Below are positions 25,740 through 36,037 of a stretch of DNA of 36,221 nucleotides, piece after piece. The DNA lies in assembly GCA_040902165.1 (NCBI GenBank), contig JBBDXV010000113.1:5743-41963 (forward strand). Reading direction: 5' to 3'. How positions within the stretch are numbered: the stretch's first letter is position 1; each line of letters starts with the position of its first letter. Source of the stretch: Pseudohongiellaceae bacterium (lineage in GTDB: Bacteria; Pseudomonadota; Gammaproteobacteria; Pseudomonadales; Pseudohongiellaceae). The notes beneath the pieces were generated by a model that was given only the letters and a program-made list of their open reading frames with translations, had not been told where the DNA came from and made no database searches. The translations under genes and the position numbers were made by a program.

Positions 25740-26774
25740 CTAGAAAGACTCAGGCATCTTGGCTTTCGATTTGGCGTCTTCCCTGCTTACCAATCCTTTT
25801 GCCACCAGATTCTTCAGACACTGATCCAGGGTCTGCATGCCCACACCGGCTCCGGTCTGGATGGCAGAATACATCTGCGCAACCTTGTCTTCCCGAATCA
25901 GGTTCCGGATGGCAGGAGTCCCGATCATTATTTCATGAGCCGCTACCCGGCCACCGCCTGGCTTCTTCAACAGAGTCTGCGACACGACCGCCTGCAATGA
26001 CTCGGACAACATCGAACGCACCATATCTTTTTCTGCTGCCGGGAATACGTCGATAACCCGGTCAATGGTCTTCGCCGCCGAAGTCGTATGCAGGGTTCCG
26101 AACACGAGGTGTCCGGTTTCGGCGGCGGTCAATGCGAGGCGAATGGTTTCAAGGTCACGAAGCTCACCTACCAGAATAATGTCGGGGTCTTCGCGCAGGG
26201 CTGAGCGCAGCGCTTCGCTGAATCCCAGGGTATCGCGATGTACCTCGCGCTGGTTAATCAGGGACTTCTTGCTCTGATGCACGAATTCGATCGGGTCTTC
26301 GATGGTGAGAATGTGCTCGTACTTGGAGGCATTGATATAGTCGATCATTGCCGCCAGGGTGGTACTTTTACCCGAACCGGTAGGACCGGTTATAGCCACC
26401 AGGCCGCGGGGGACGTCAGAAATCTTTTTGAATATATCGCCCATCCCGAGCTGTTCCATCGACAGCACCTTGGAAGGAATGGTCCGGAATACTGCAGCCG
26501 CACCCCGGTTCTGGTTAAAGGCATTCACCCGGAAACGCGCCAGGTTTGGTATTTCAAATGAAAAGTCCGTCTCGAGAAATTCCTCGTAGTCCTTGCGCTG
26601 CTTGTCGTTCATGATCTCGTAGATCATGGAATAGACTTCTTTATGGTCCATTTCCGGCACATTGATGCGGCGGATGTCTCCATCGACCCGGATCAATGGG
26701 GGCATACCCGCCGTAATATGCAAGTCTGATGCGCCCTGTTTGGCGCTGAAATTCAATAGTTCTGTAATATCCAT
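25740..26774 (-). CDS. pilT: Type IV pilus retraction ATPase PilT
   Basis: 344 aa. It has MDITELL...GASDLHITAG.PP..R..G, Walker A GPTGSGKSTT, the Asp box, Walker B ILVGELRD, the AHLVFGTLHT-like His box (GHLVFGTLHTTSA), and the PilT-specific AIRNLIRE motif. Confidence 0.95.
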   Translation of the reverse strand: MDITELLNFSAKQGASDLHITAGMPPLIRVDGDIRRINVPEMDHKEVYSMIYEIMNDKQRKDYEEFLETDFSFEIPNLARFRVNAFNQNRGAAAVFRTIPSKVLSMEQLGMGDIFKKISDVPRGLVAITGPTGSGKSTTLAAMIDYINASKYEHILTIEDPIEFVHQSKKSLINQREVHRDTLGFSEALRSALREDPDIILVGELRDLETIRLALTAAETGHLVFGTLHTTSAAKTIDRVIDVFPAAEKDMVRSMLSESLQAVVSQTLLKKPGGGRVAAHEIMIGTPAIRNLIREDKVAQMYSAIQTGAGVGMQTLDQCLKNLVAKGLVSREDAKSKAKMPESF

Positions 26775-26879
26775 CGTTGCTACCCGCCCGTGTCTGGATT
26801 TTCCCTATTGTTGATGGTTTGCTAGAGTCACAATCTTTGCGTCTGCTACTACATTGCCGGCAAAGTATACTAGGGAAAC

Positions 26880-27563
26880 ATGGCAAACATAACAGAAAAT
26901 ATCCGCGAAATTGTTAACCAGATCAGGATGCTGGAAGCAAAATACGAGCGGTCCCCGGGTTCCGTAACACTTCTGGCGGTCAGCAAACAGCAACCGGCTC
27001 AAAGCATCCGCGAGGCCTATCAGGCCGGTATTCGCGATTTTGGTGAAAACTATGTGCAGGAAGCCGAGGGCAAGATTCAGCAGTTCGACCAAAAGGATCT
27101 ACGATGGCATTTCATCGGTCCGATCCAGTCGAACAAAACCCGACAGATAGCGACTTTGTTCCACTGGGTCCACAGTATCGACCGGCTCAAAATCGCACAA
27201 CGACTCAGCGACCAGCGGGATCCTGCACTGGGTCAACTCAACTGTTGCGTACAGGTGAATATCTCCGGTGAACGCTCCAAGTCCGGTGTCCCGGTCGCAC
27301 AAACTGCAGACCTGTGTTCGGCAATCAGTTCATTACCGCGGTTGCGGTTGCGCGGGCTGATGGCAATCCCGGCACCTTTCGCGAGCTTTGCCGAGCAACG
27401 GGCCGAATTCGCCAGACTGCGAGTATTGTTTGAGACGCTCAAGCCGCAATTCACGGATTTTGACTGTCTCAGTATGGGTATGAGCGCTGACTTTGAGGCG
27501 GCCATTGCCGAGGGTTCTACCCTGGTCAGAATTGGCACCGCCGTATTCGGGTCGAGGATATAA
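26880..27563 (+). CDS. yggS: PLP-binding homeostasis protein YggS (PLPBP family)
   Basis: 227 aa. It has LLAVSKQQP (PLP lysine), FGENYVQE, WHFIGPIQSNKT, LSMGMSADFE.AI..GST.VRIG..FG. Confidence 0.9.
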   Translation: MANITENIREIVNQIRMLEAKYERSPGSVTLLAVSKQQPAQSIREAYQAGIRDFGENYVQEAEGKIQQFDQKDLRWHFIGPIQSNKTRQIATLFHWVHSIDRLKIAQRLSDQRDPALGQLNCCVQVNISGERSKSGVPVAQTADLCSAISSLPRLRLRGLMAIPAPFASFAEQRAEFARLRVLFETLKPQFTDFDCLSMGMSADFEAAIAEGSTLVRIGTAVFGSRI

Positions 27564-27619
27564 AACCTGGCCGCAAGTACGTTAGAATAGCCGCCTTGTC
27601 TGATTATCCGGAAGATTTC

Positions 27620-28459
27620 GTGACCGCAGCAGCTGTATTGCAATCCTGTCGAATAGGTTTTATTGGCGCCGGAAATATGGCTGGCAGTCTGATTCGCGGA
27701 CTGCTTGCCAGTGGGGTCCAGGGCAATCGTTTGTGGGCAGCCGACATTGACCAGTCCCGGCTGCTGCAGCTTGCCGCGGATTGCAGCATCAATATTGATG
27801 ATTCATCCGGGGTAGCCGGACAATCGGATGTGTTGGTCCTCGCGGTCAAACCACAGTCCATGCGCGAAGTCTGCGAACAGGTGCGGGCAGCGGTCGCCAC
27901 GAGCCGGTCCCTTGTTGTTTCCATCGCTGCCGGTATCACCATTGCGCATCTGCAGGCCTGGCTGGGAAAAGATACCGCCCTCGTTCGCTGTATGCCGAAC
28001 ACCCCGGCACTGGTCGGAAAAGGTGCGACGGCACTGTATGCGCAGGACAGCGTTACTGAAAGTCAGAAAAACCTGGCCGAAGCGATACTCGCCGCCGTTG
28101 GACTTACCGTATGGCTTGATAGTGAGGATAAAATCGATGCGGTAACGGCTTTATCCGGTAGCGGACCCGCCTATTTTTTCCTGCTGATGGAATGCATGCA
28201 GGAGGCTGCAGGAAAACTTGGTCTGGATTCCGACACGGCCAGGCAACTGGTCTATCAGACAGCATTGGGTGCTGCCGTACTGGCCGACTCGAGCAAGTTA
28301 AGCACGGCTGAACTCAGGCGTCAGGTCACTTCTCCAGGCGGCACTACCGAACAGGCAATTCTGCAGTTTGAATCCGGCGGTATGCGGGAACTGGTAGAGA
28401 AGGCGTTAGTGGCTGCTCGTAACCGATCCAGGGAACTGGCTCGCAAATCCGGAGACTGA
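27620..28459 (+). CDS. proC: Pyrroline-5-carboxylate reductase
   Basis: It has IGFIGAGNMAGSLIRGL (Rossmann motif), RCMPNTPALVGKGAT, SGSGPAYFFLLME and VTSPGGTTEQA. The start is ambiguous: TTG at 27596 (ORF track), GTG at 27620 (preceded by GGAAG, chosen here) or TTG at 27638. Confidence 0.9.
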   Translation: MTAAAVLQSCRIGFIGAGNMAGSLIRGLLASGVQGNRLWAADIDQSRLLQLAADCSINIDDSSGVAGQSDVLVLAVKPQSMREVCEQVRAAVATSRSLVVSIAAGITIAHLQAWLGKDTALVRCMPNTPALVGKGATALYAQDSVTESQKNLAEAILAAVGLTVWLDSEDKIDAVTALSGSGPAYFFLLMECMQEAAGKLGLDSDTARQLVYQTALGAAVLADSSKLSTAELRRQVTSPGGTTEQAILQFESGGMRELVEKALVAARNRSRELARKSGD

Positions 28460-28498
28460 AACCAGGCTCCAAACCATTCAAGGAACCAGCGTCGTATC

Positions 28499-29098
28499 AT
28501 GCAAGCACTTACCAGCACTGCCGACCTTTTGATAAGTTCATTGGGCGGACTTTTCCTTTTGGCGATATTGATGCGCTTCCTGCTGCAACTTGCCAAAGCC
28601 GACTTTTATAATCCGGTTTCCCAGGCAGTGGTGCGCATAACCAATCCACTGGTGAAAATATTTCGAGGCGTCATTCCCGGCTATAAGGGATTTGATTTTT
28701 CCACCCTGTTGCTTGCGCTGATCATAGAATTCGTATTCGTAGTCGCATTGATTTACTTAAATGGATTTCGACCCCCCGGCATCGGCACCATAATAACCTG
28801 GTCCGTCGTGGGCGTTGTTTCCTTTATCATCAATATCTATTTTTGGGCAATCATAGCCTCTGTCATTATGTCGTTCGTTATGTTGTTTTCAGGCACAATG
28901 AACCCGCATCCCATCCTGCGGCTGATCTGGCAACTTACAGAACCCTTGATGGCTCCGGTGCGCAAAATAATCCCGCCAATGGGTGGTCTGGATTTCTCAC
29001 CCATGATTATTTTCATCGGCATACAATTATTGAAAAATCTGCTGATTCAGTCATTCGGCATTTCACCAGCCATTGCCAGTGTGATAATAGGAATTTGA
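28499..29098 (+). CDS. yggT: YggT-family integral membrane protein
   Basis: 199 aa with two YGGT-type repeats (NPVSQAVVRITNPLVKIFRGVIP...FDFS and HPILRLIWQLTEPLMAPVRKIIPPMGGLDFSP). It follows proC, as in the yggS-proC-yggT block. Confidence 0.85.
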   Translation: MQALTSTADLLISSLGGLFLLAILMRFLLQLAKADFYNPVSQAVVRITNPLVKIFRGVIPGYKGFDFSTLLLALIIEFVFVVALIYLNGFRPPGIGTIITWSVVGVVSFIINIYFWAIIASVIMSFVMLFSGTMNPHPILRLIWQLTEPLMAPVRKIIPPMGGLDFSPMIIFIGIQLLKNLLIQSFGISPAIASVIIGI

Positions 29099-29115
29099 CA
29101 AAATTCCGGATCGGT

Positions 29116-29403
29116 ATGTATTACCAATGGAAAGAATCTGTTTTGATACTAAGCTGCAGAATTCAGACCAGGGCAGGAACGGACGAATTTGCGGAAGTTG
29201 TCGATGATTGCCTGAAAATCAGGATAAAGGCCGCGCCTGTGGATGGAGACGCGAACCAGCAGCTGATTCGTTTTCTGTCCAGACAATTCAAGGTACCGCA
29301 GAAGCGGATACAGATAGTCAGTGGCGCGAACAATCGCCGCAAACGAATTTCCATCGAGCAGCCGGGCTATTTACCGCCGGCACTGGGCATCAAGGAACAC
29401 TAA
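29116..29403 (+). CDS. yggU: DUF167 protein (YggU)
   Basis: 95 aa from the ATG at 29116: ...[70 protein letters not shown], the DUF167 pattern (AP.DG.AN..L..FL...F.V......I..G..SR.K). The track ORF's upstream 91 codons overlap yggT and are discarded. Confidence 0.8.
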   Translation: MYYQWKESVLILSCRIQTRAGTDEFAEVVDDCLKIRIKAAPVDGDANQQLIRFLSRQFKVPQKRIQIVSGANNRRKRISIEQPGYLPPALGIKEH

Positions 29404-29408
29404 CATTC

Positions 29409-30599
29409 ATGAGCGGTCCGTTTTCAGAAGACTCGGTTGGTCTGGTCAAGCCCGAAATGTATCATTTTGATGACCCCCTGACACTGCGAAGCGGTAAAGT
29501 GCTGCCGGCCTATGATCTTATGGTGGAAACCTACGGCAAGCTCAATGCGCAAAAAAGCAACGCGATTCTTATCTGTCACGCTCTTAGCGGAGATCATCAT
29601 GCTGCCGGCTACTACAGCGAATCAGACAGGAAACCAGGCTGGTGGGATTCATGCATCGGACCCGGGAAGCCAATTGATACCAACCTGTTCTATGTGGTCT
29701 CTCTCAATAACCTCGGAGGCTGTGCAGGCAGCACCGGACCGCGATCTGTCAATCCGGAAACCGGCAAACCGTTTGGACCGGATTTCCCGGTAGTGACTGT
29801 AAGAGACTGGGTCAACAGCCAGCTGCGTCTTATGGACAGACTCGGAATCGGGAAATGGGCGGCGGTCATTGGTGGGAGCCTGGGTGGCATGCAGGTTCTC
29901 CGCTGGGCGATAAGCTGCCCCTCTCGCCTTCGACATGCGATTGCTATCGCCAGTGCGCCAAAATTGTCAGCCCAGAATATAGCGTTCAATGAAGTGGCCA
30001 GACAGTCCATAACCAGTGACCCCAATTTTCATGAAGGACGTTATCTGGAGCATGGCACTTATCCAAAACGCGGGTTAATGCTGGCCAGGATGGTAGGCCA
30101 TATCACCTATCTGTCGGACAGCGCCATGAGTTCAAAATTTGGCAGATCCGGTACCGAAGCGGGCATTGCCAAGGACAGCTTTGGTCGCGATTTGCGCAGC
30201 GGCAAACTGAGCTTCGGCTTCAACGTCGACTTTGAAGTAGAAAGCTATCTGCACCATCAGGGTGAACGATTTTCCGAAAATTTTGATGCCAATACCTATT
30301 TGTTAATGACCAAGGCACTGGACTATTTCGATCCCTCGGTGGATTACAAGGGCGACCTGAGTCGGGCTTTTCTGAACGGCGACTGTAAGTTCTTCCTTGT
30401 GTCATTCACAACCGATTGGCGATTTCCACCAGCGCGATCCCAGGAACTTGTGACTCAACTGCTGCGTGCAAACAGGGAAGTCAGCTACGTCAATATAGAA
30501 GCCGATCAGGGACATGATGCTTTTCTGTTACCTATACCTCGATATATGCAGGCATTTACCACCTATTTGCACCGTGTACACCAGGAAATTTCAAACTGA
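29409..30599 (+). CDS. metX: Homoserine O-acyltransferase MetX (acetyl versus succinyl donor not decidable by eye)
   Basis: It has [23 protein letters not shown]...[18 protein letters not shown], the nucleophile elbow GGSLGGMQ, and the C-terminal [11 protein letters not shown]...GHDAFL. I chose the ATG at 29409; the track's 67-codon extension overlaps yggU. It is followed by metW. Confidence 0.93.
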   Translation: MSGPFSEDSVGLVKPEMYHFDDPLTLRSGKVLPAYDLMVETYGKLNAQKSNAILICHALSGDHHAAGYYSESDRKPGWWDSCIGPGKPIDTNLFYVVSLNNLGGCAGSTGPRSVNPETGKPFGPDFPVVTVRDWVNSQLRLMDRLGIGKWAAVIGGSLGGMQVLRWAISCPSRLRHAIAIASAPKLSAQNIAFNEVARQSITSDPNFHEGRYLEHGTYPKRGLMLARMVGHITYLSDSAMSSKFGRSGTEAGIAKDSFGRDLRSGKLSFGFNVDFEVESYLHHQGERFSENFDANTYLLMTKALDYFDPSVDYKGDLSRAFLNGDCKFFLVSFTTDWRFPPARSQELVTQLLRANREVSYVNIEADQGHDAFLLPIPRYMQAFTTYLHRVHQEISN

Positions 30600-31195
30600 T
30601 GCGACCTGACCTGGAAATAATCAAAAACTGGATTGGTGCCGAAAGCAAGGTGCTCGACCTTGGCTGTGGCAATGGTGAGTTGCTGCATTTTCTTCAGGAG
30701 ACCAGGAACATCACCGGCATTGGCCTGGAAATAGACAGTGAGAATATAAACCAGTGTCTCGCCCGTGGCGTAAATGTTGTCGAGCAGAACCTGAATCGCG
30801 GCTTGAGCAATTTTGACTCCGGCAGCTTTGACACCGTACTGCTGGCCCAGACATTGCAGGCACTGAGCCGTCCGGATCTGCTAATAGATGAAATGCTGCG
30901 CATCGGTAAAAAGGGGATCGTTACGTTCCCGAACTTTGGCAATTGGAAGTCGCGACTGTATCTGACCAGGAAGGGCCGTATGCCGGTATCGAAATTCATG
31001 CCCTATCAATGGTATGACACTCCTAATATTCACTTCTGTACTGTCAGGGATTTTGATGCCTTGTGTGCCGCAAAAAATATTACCGTACTGACGCGGACCG
31101 TGGTGGACTCACAGCATCAGGGTAACTGGTCAATCAAGCTGTGGCCGAACTTGTTGGGAGAGATTGCAATCTATCATCTTACCCGCAGTCCCTGA
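30599..31195 (+). CDS. metW: Methionine biosynthesis protein MetW
   Basis: 198 aa. It has [28 protein letters not shown] (SAM-MTase-like fold) and [17 protein letters not shown]...[15 protein letters not shown], which is MetW-specific. The start overlaps the metX stop by 1 nt. Confidence 0.9.
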   Translation: MRPDLEIIKNWIGAESKVLDLGCGNGELLHFLQETRNITGIGLEIDSENINQCLARGVNVVEQNLNRGLSNFDSGSFDTVLLAQTLQALSRPDLLIDEMLRIGKKGIVTFPNFGNWKSRLYLTRKGRMPVSKFMPYQWYDTPNIHFCTVRDFDALCAAKNITVLTRTVVDSQHQGNWSIKLWPNLLGEIAIYHLTRSP

Positions 31196-31208
31196 TCCGT
31201 TTATCATT

Positions 31209-31811
31209 ATGCAAAAAATCGTCCTCGCCAGCAGCAACGCCGGTAAGTTAAGAGAACTGCAACAAGTCCTTGGAGCTGAAAGCGTGGAACTGGTACCACA
31301 GTCATTACTGGGGGTGAGCGACGTCGAAGAAACAGGTCTGAGCTTCGTTGAGAATGCCATCATCAAAGCCCGTCATGCCAGCTCAATAACTGGCCTGGCG
31401 TCGATCGCCGACGACTCCGGACTGGAAGTCGATGCGCTGTTGGGTGAACCCGGCATCTATTCGGCGCGTTACGCTGGCGTTTTCGGTTCGGAAGCTGATG
31501 CAGCAAACAACCGGAAATTGCTTCTGCGACTCACAGAGGTTCCGGAATCGCAGCGAACCGCCCGCTTCCAGTGCGTCATTGTCTATCTTCGTCACCCGGC
31601 AGACCCGATGCCAATGATCTGTCAGGGTACCTGGGAGGGTCGCATTCTGTTTGCCCCGAGCGGTAAAAACGGCTTCGGCTATGATCCGTTGTTTTATGTT
31701 CCAACGCACGATTGCGCGTCAGCACAGCTTGAACCAGAAATCAAAAACCAACTCAGTCACCGGGGACAGGCCCTGAGGCAATTGATGCAATGCTGGCACT
31801 CCCGCCACTAA
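31209..31811 (+). CDS. rdgB: Non-canonical purine NTP (dITP/XTP) pyrophosphatase RdgB/HAM1
   Basis: It has [18 protein letters not shown]..., [37 protein letters not shown] and GFGYDPLF. I chose the ATG at 31209 rather than the track's upstream start. Confidence 0.9.
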   Translation: MQKIVLASSNAGKLRELQQVLGAESVELVPQSLLGVSDVEETGLSFVENAIIKARHASSITGLASIADDSGLEVDALLGEPGIYSARYAGVFGSEADAANNRKLLLRLTEVPESQRTARFQCVIVYLRHPADPMPMICQGTWEGRILFAPSGKNGFGYDPLFYVPTHDCASAQLEPEIKNQLSHRGQALRQLMQCWHSRH

Positions 31812-32950
31812 GTCTTTACGTGCATATTCCCTGGTGCGTGAGGAAATGCCCATACTGTGATTTCAATTCCCACGAGCAATCTGGCGACTTGCCGCAGGCC
31901 ACCTATGTAAAGGCGCTGCTTGATGACCTTGATCTGGATCTGAATTACGCACAGGGCAGAGAATTGCGCAGCATTTTTATTGGTGGCGGCACACCAAGCC
32001 TGTTCGCGCCACAGATGCTGGAAAATTTGCTTGGCGGGATAAAACAAAGGCTGCCGGTTTCCACCGCGCTTGAAGTCACCATGGAAGCGAACCCCGGCAC
32101 CGTGGAAGCCGGTCGCTTCAGGGATTTCCGACAGGCCGGCGTCAATCGCCTGTCGCTGGGAATTCAGAGCTTTGACAACGCCAAACTCAAAGTGCTTGGA
32201 CGAATTCATGATGCCTCACAGGCAAGGCGCGCAATCGAAGTCGCTATCGAATCAGGATTCAGCAATATGAATCTGGATTTGATGTACGGGTTGCCCGAAC
32301 AGACTCCAGCTGAGGCAATCGCCGATTTACGTCAGGCGCTGGAATTCAGCACTGTGCATCTCTCCTGGTACCAACTGACCATAGAACCCAATACCGGTTT
32401 TTATGCCAGCCCGCCGGTATTGCCTGGCGAGGATGAAATCCTGACGATGCAGGAACAGGGTCTGCTTGCTTTGGAGACTGCAGGACTTGGACGTTATGAG
32501 ATTTCCGCTTATAGCCGACCTGGTGCGCAGTCTCGTCACAACCTGAACTACTGGCAGTTTGGCGATTACCTGGGTATCGGAGCAGGTGCGCACGGCAAAC
32601 TCACTATCGCCATTGATGATGCTGTCTTGCGCACAAGAAAATACCGTCAACCGGAACATTATTTGCGACAGAATCTGACCTTTACTGCGGAAACCAACCG
32701 CGTGGATCGCGCGGAATTGCCGCTGGAGTTCATGCTCAACGCGCTGAGGCTGAGCGAGGGTTTCAGTATTGTCGAGTATGAAGCCAGGACCGGGCTTGCT
32801 TTCAGTGAAATAAGAAAGAAGATAGAATGGCTGCGCGACGGCGGTTATCTGGCTATATTCAACAACGAAGCTAATGATTCGCCGCGGCGCGTCGTCCCTA
32901 CCAGCAAGGGTTTGTTGTTCGCCAATAATCTCCTCGAGGAATTCCTCTGA
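31790..32950 (+). CDS. hemW: Radical-SAM heme chaperone HemW (HemN-like, oxygen-independent coproporphyrinogen-III oxidase family)
   Basis: 386 aa. It has [21 protein letters not shown] (CxxxCxxC cluster), [20 protein letters not shown], and the C-terminal HemN_C-like region. It follows rdgB as in many gammaproteobacteria. Confidence 0.9.
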   Translation: MLALPPLSLYVHIPWCVRKCPYCDFNSHEQSGDLPQATYVKALLDDLDLDLNYAQGRELRSIFIGGGTPSLFAPQMLENLLGGIKQRLPVSTALEVTMEANPGTVEAGRFRDFRQAGVNRLSLGIQSFDNAKLKVLGRIHDASQARRAIEVAIESGFSNMNLDLMYGLPEQTPAEAIADLRQALEFSTVHLSWYQLTIEPNTGFYASPPVLPGEDEILTMQEQGLLALETAGLGRYEISAYSRPGAQSRHNLNYWQFGDYLGIGAGAHGKLTIAIDDAVLRTRKYRQPEHYLRQNLTFTAETNRVDRAELPLEFMLNALRLSEGFSIVEYEARTGLAFSEIRKKIEWLRDGGYLAIFNNEANDSPRRVVPTSKGLLFANNLLEEFL

Positions 32951-33322
32951 GTGGAAGCGCTTTATCAAAGACACTGTGAACCCTGCAAAATGGGATCGAA
33001 GGTTGTCACCGCAACGGAAGTAAACCAGCTTCTGATTGGCGTGCCTGCCTGGCGCAAGGAATTTCATGAGGGTGTGGAGAAACTGATTCGGGATTTTTAC
33101 TTCATTGAATTCAAGGATGCTTTTGAATTTACCTACAAGATTGCCAACCTGGCGGAACGAGAGAAACACCACCCCGGCATCTATACGGAATGGGGCAAGG
33201 TTACCGTTTACTGGTGGAGCCACAAGATCAATGGCTTGCATGTCAATGATTTCATTATGGCAGCCAAAACTGACATGATTGCCAAACTGTCCAGAAACGC
33301 ACGCCAGGGTACCTCTCTTTAA
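32951..33322 (+). CDS. phhB: Pterin-4-alpha-carbinolamine dehydratase
   Basis: 123 aa from a GTG start. HCEPC...VPAW...FKDAFEFTYKIANLAEREKHHPGIYTEWGKVTVYWWSHKINGLHVNDFIMAAKTD matches PCD/PhhB closely (E.E.HHP...W..V.V.W.TH). It begins immediately after the hemW stop. Confidence 0.9.
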   Translation: MEALYQRHCEPCKMGSKVVTATEVNQLLIGVPAWRKEFHEGVEKLIRDFYFIEFKDAFEFTYKIANLAEREKHHPGIYTEWGKVTVYWWSHKINGLHVNDFIMAAKTDMIAKLSRNARQGTSL

Positions 33323-33352
33323 TTCCTGCCTTTCACAGATCAGCCTCACACT

Positions 33353-34510
33353 ATGCACAAAGCATTTCCTGAACTTTTTGCCAATCTCGACAACATTGTC
33401 AGCTTGCCAAGCGTAAGCTCGGCCAACACTGCCCTGGATATGAGCAATGGCCCGGTAATCGACTATCTTGCCACCTGCTTTGAGGATCTCGGTTTTCAGT
33501 GTGAAGTCATGAGTTGCGCATCGCATAGTGGAAAGCCCAAGGCAAATCTGGTTGCAACGCTCGGAACCGGTCCAGGCGGATTGGTTCTGGCCGGACATAC
33601 AGACACGGTACCAATAGATGCAGAGTTATGGAGTGTAAACCCGTTTCGCCTGACTGAAAAAGACGGGCGACTTTACGGATTGGGCACGACCGACATGAAA
33701 GGATTCTTTCCCCTGGTAATGGAAGCAGTGAAATCCGTCAAAGGCCAGAATCTGAGAGAACCTCTCATCATTCTGGCGACTGCCGATGAGGAGTCCTCGA
33801 TGGAGGGTGCGCGCAGTGTCGTGCAACAGGGATATCCGAAGGCAAGACGGGCGATAATCGGTGAACCCACAGGTCTGCTGCCGGTTCGGGCGCATAAGGG
33901 CATCATGATGGAATCCATCCGTCTGTTGGGTCAGAGCGGCCACTCTTCAGACCCCGCGCTGGGCAGGAATGCACTTGACGTCATGCACCATGTCATCGCA
34001 GAGCTGATGGTATTCAGACAGGAGCTGCGCGAAAAATACAGTAATCCACTGTTCCGTATCAGCTATCCAACCCTGAACCTGGGTTGCATTCACGGCGGCG
34101 ACAACCCCAACCGGATCTGCGGCCATTGCAATCTGGACATTGATATTCGCATAACACCGGAGATGAATATTGATGAGACCCGGGAAATGCTCCGAAACCG
34201 CATCTATCCGATCGCCGAAAAATACGGCGTTCAGGCGGAAGTGGCGCCTTTGTTCGCCGGCGCGCCGGCATTCATGGCCGCTACCAACAGTCCGCTGCTG
34301 ACCATGTTGGAGAAACTTACCGGACAGCAGGGTATTGCTGTAGGTTTTGGCACGGAAGGTCCTTTTTTGCAGGAATTAGGGATGGATACCATTATTTTCG
34401 GCCCCGGCAATATCGATCAGGCCCACCAACCGGATGAATATATGTCGCTGGATATGGTGCAACCTTGTATTGACTACCTGCAAAAAATAATCAAAATGTC
34501 CTGCCTGTAG
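33353..34510 (+). CDS. argE: Acetylornithine deacetylase (M20 family)
   Basis: 385 aa. It has LPSVSS...LDMSN, LVLAGHTDTVP, GLGTTDMKGFF, ILATADEESSMEGAR, IIGEPTGLLPVRAHKG, GQSGHSSDPA, YPTLNLGCIHGGD.PNRICG.C and GPGNIDQAHQPDEY. As I recall the E. coli ArgE sequence, it appears colinear with it. Confidence 0.88.
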   Translation: MHKAFPELFANLDNIVSLPSVSSANTALDMSNGPVIDYLATCFEDLGFQCEVMSCASHSGKPKANLVATLGTGPGGLVLAGHTDTVPIDAELWSVNPFRLTEKDGRLYGLGTTDMKGFFPLVMEAVKSVKGQNLREPLIILATADEESSMEGARSVVQQGYPKARRAIIGEPTGLLPVRAHKGIMMESIRLLGQSGHSSDPALGRNALDVMHHVIAELMVFRQELREKYSNPLFRISYPTLNLGCIHGGDNPNRICGHCNLDIDIRITPEMNIDETREMLRNRIYPIAEKYGVQAEVAPLFAGAPAFMAATNSPLLTMLEKLTGQQGIAVGFGTEGPFLQELGMDTIIFGPGNIDQAHQPDEYMSLDMVQPCIDYLQKIIKMSCL

Positions 34511-34535
34511 TGGGCAGCTCCGGAAACCCGGCATC

Positions 34536-35861
34536 ATGAATGAAAACATACCCCAGTATATAGAGTGGTTTCGTTACTCCTCGGCTTACATCAATGCCCA
34601 TCGCAACAAGGTATTCGTCATTCTATTGACGGGTGAAGCCCAGGCTGACCGGAATTTTTCCAATATCGTTTACGACATCAGTCTGCTGAACAGCCTGGGC
34701 GTCAAACTGGTGCTGGTTCACGGCGCGAGACCGCAAATCTCGGCGGCCCTGCTGACAGCAGGGATAGAGTCACGCTATCACAAAAATCTGCGTATTACCG
34801 ACAGCGACAGCCTGATGATTACCAAACAGGTAGTCGGACAGCTAAGCATAGATATCGAGGCGCGTTTTTCCCTGGGTCTGGTGAACTCACCGATGCACGG
34901 TGCTGACATAAAACTGTGCCGCGGTAATTTTGTTACCGCGCGGCCCTATGGTATTCATGATGGAATTGATTTCGGCAACACCGGATTGGTACGCAAGGTA
35001 CAGGCCGCTGCCATAGAGCAACAGCTGGCACAGAAGAATATTGTACTGCTGTCAAATCTTGGATACTCAACTACCGGAGAGGTCTTCAATCTTTCAGCGG
35101 AAGAAGTGGCGACCGAGGTTGCCATTGCGCTCAAAGCCGACAAGTTGATCCTGTTTGTTCCAGGTCAGGGCGTGACCGACCAGGACGGAGATCTGGTTAC
35201 GTCCTTGAGCCCGGCAGACGCAAAAAGAGTTCTGTCTGACGACGACCTGCCTGTGTCAACCGAACAGGGCTGCATCAATCATGCTTTGCGTTCGGCCATT
35301 AAAGCCAGCGAAACCGGTGTGCATCGTACCCATCTGATCAGTTATCAGCAGAACGGCGCATTGTTGCAGGAACTTTTTACCCGTGAAGGCAGCGGCTCAC
35401 TGGTCAGTCAGGACAACTTTGAAGAGCTGCGAGCCGCAACGATTGCTGATGTGGGCGGCATACTGGAATTGATCAAGCCACTTGAGGAGGCTGGAACGCT
35501 GGTGCAGCGCTCAAGGGAACGACTGGAAATCGAGATCGAAAATTTCCGCGTTGTCGTCTTTGAAGGGATGGTGATCGCCTGTGCTGCCTTGTATCCGCTG
35601 GACAATAACTGCGGCGAGATTGCCTGTATTGCCACCCGTCCCGAGTATCAGAATACCGGTCGCGGTGATCGCCTGCTAATCCGCCTCGAAGCTGACGCAC
35701 GCAAGCTTGGTCTCAAAAAGGTTTTCATACTCACCACCGTGGCTACCCACTGGTTTCTTGAGCGTGGATTCAGCCAGGCCGGCGTAGAAGATCTGCCGGA
35801 GAAAAAGAAGCAGCTTTATAACTTTCAGCGCAACTCGAAAGTCTTCATTAAAAATCTTTGA
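34536..35861 (+). CDS. argA: Amino-acid N-acetyltransferase (N-acetylglutamate synthase)
   Basis: 441 aa. It has an AAK-like N-domain (FRYSSAYINAHRNKVFVILLTGEA, LVLVHGARPQI, TGEVFNLSAEEVATEVAIALKADKLI) and a GNAT C-domain (IADVGGILELIKPLEEAGTLVQRSRE, ACAALYP, KKKQLYNFQRNSKV). Confidence 0.93.
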   Translation: MNENIPQYIEWFRYSSAYINAHRNKVFVILLTGEAQADRNFSNIVYDISLLNSLGVKLVLVHGARPQISAALLTAGIESRYHKNLRITDSDSLMITKQVVGQLSIDIEARFSLGLVNSPMHGADIKLCRGNFVTARPYGIHDGIDFGNTGLVRKVQAAAIEQQLAQKNIVLLSNLGYSTTGEVFNLSAEEVATEVAIALKADKLILFVPGQGVTDQDGDLVTSLSPADAKRVLSDDDLPVSTEQGCINHALRSAIKASETGVHRTHLISYQQNGALLQELFTREGSGSLVSQDNFEELRAATIADVGGILELIKPLEEAGTLVQRSRERLEIEIENFRVVVFEGMVIACAALYPLDNNCGEIACIATRPEYQNTGRGDRLLIRLEADARKLGLKKVFILTTVATHWFLERGFSQAGVEDLPEKKKQLYNFQRNSKVFIKNL

Positions 35862-35864
35862 TGT

Positions 35865-36037
35865 CCGCTGCAGAATTTACTGCCCATTTGTAGTTGAACT
35901 CCTACCTTAGGGTAAAGGGGTACGTATGTGATAATGACCCCCGTCTCCGACGGGGCCCCACTATCACATACATACCATCACCTATCTTTGGCCCGGAGTG
36001 GCTTCGTTCAGAACTCAATCCGTAAATTCTGCAGCGG
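35865..36037. repeat. Perfect 16-bp inverted repeat (ccgctgcagaatttac ... gtaaattctgcagcgg) bracketing a 173-bp segment right after the argA stop
   Basis: 35865-35880 is the exact reverse complement of 36022-36037, read directly. The right arm is also part of the roughly 98-bp direct-repeat unit described below. Confidence 0.85.
35924..35971. other. Nested imperfect palindrome / long hairpin (outer 10-bp stem gtatgtgata/tatcacatac; inner 7-bp GC stem ccccgtc/gacgggg with a 3-nt loop)
   Basis: Read directly. It lies 63 nt downstream of argA. No T-tract follows on either strand, so it does not look like a canonical intrinsic terminator. Confidence 0.7.

Noticed and set aside
28843-29408. The upstream extensions of two track ORFs: 28843-29115 (before the yggU ATG) and 29208-29408 (before the metX ATG).
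   Set aside because: The extensions overlap yggT and yggU respectively in other frames, and they add sequence with no similarity to the DUF167 or MetX families. Internal ATGs at 29116 and 29409 give proteins with canonical N-termini.
32951-33322. I considered whether phhB without an adjacent phenylalanine hydroxylase gene (phhA) is an anomaly.
   Set aside because: Stand-alone pterin-4a-carbinolamine dehydratase genes are common in bacteria, and phhA may lie elsewhere. This is not informative on its own.
32327-33598. A 423-aa minus-strand ORF, the second-longest class of ORF in the track. It runs stop-free across the 3' end of hemW, all of phhB, two gene junctions and the 5' end of argE.
   Set aside because: It is entirely antisense to three plus-strand genes whose products match well-known families almost motif for motif. 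Its own translation is rich in Arg, Gln, Phe, Cys and His, has no recognisable motif, and shows no sensible start context. It is most likely a shadow ORF. Only strand-specific Ribo-seq could revive it.
35924-35971. I considered whether the hairpin after argA is a Rho-independent terminator.
   Set aside because: The stem is strong, but neither strand has a U/T-tract after it, and it is embedded in a larger inverted-repeat element. It more likely belongs to the REP/MITE-like repeat family. It may still pause or stop transcription.
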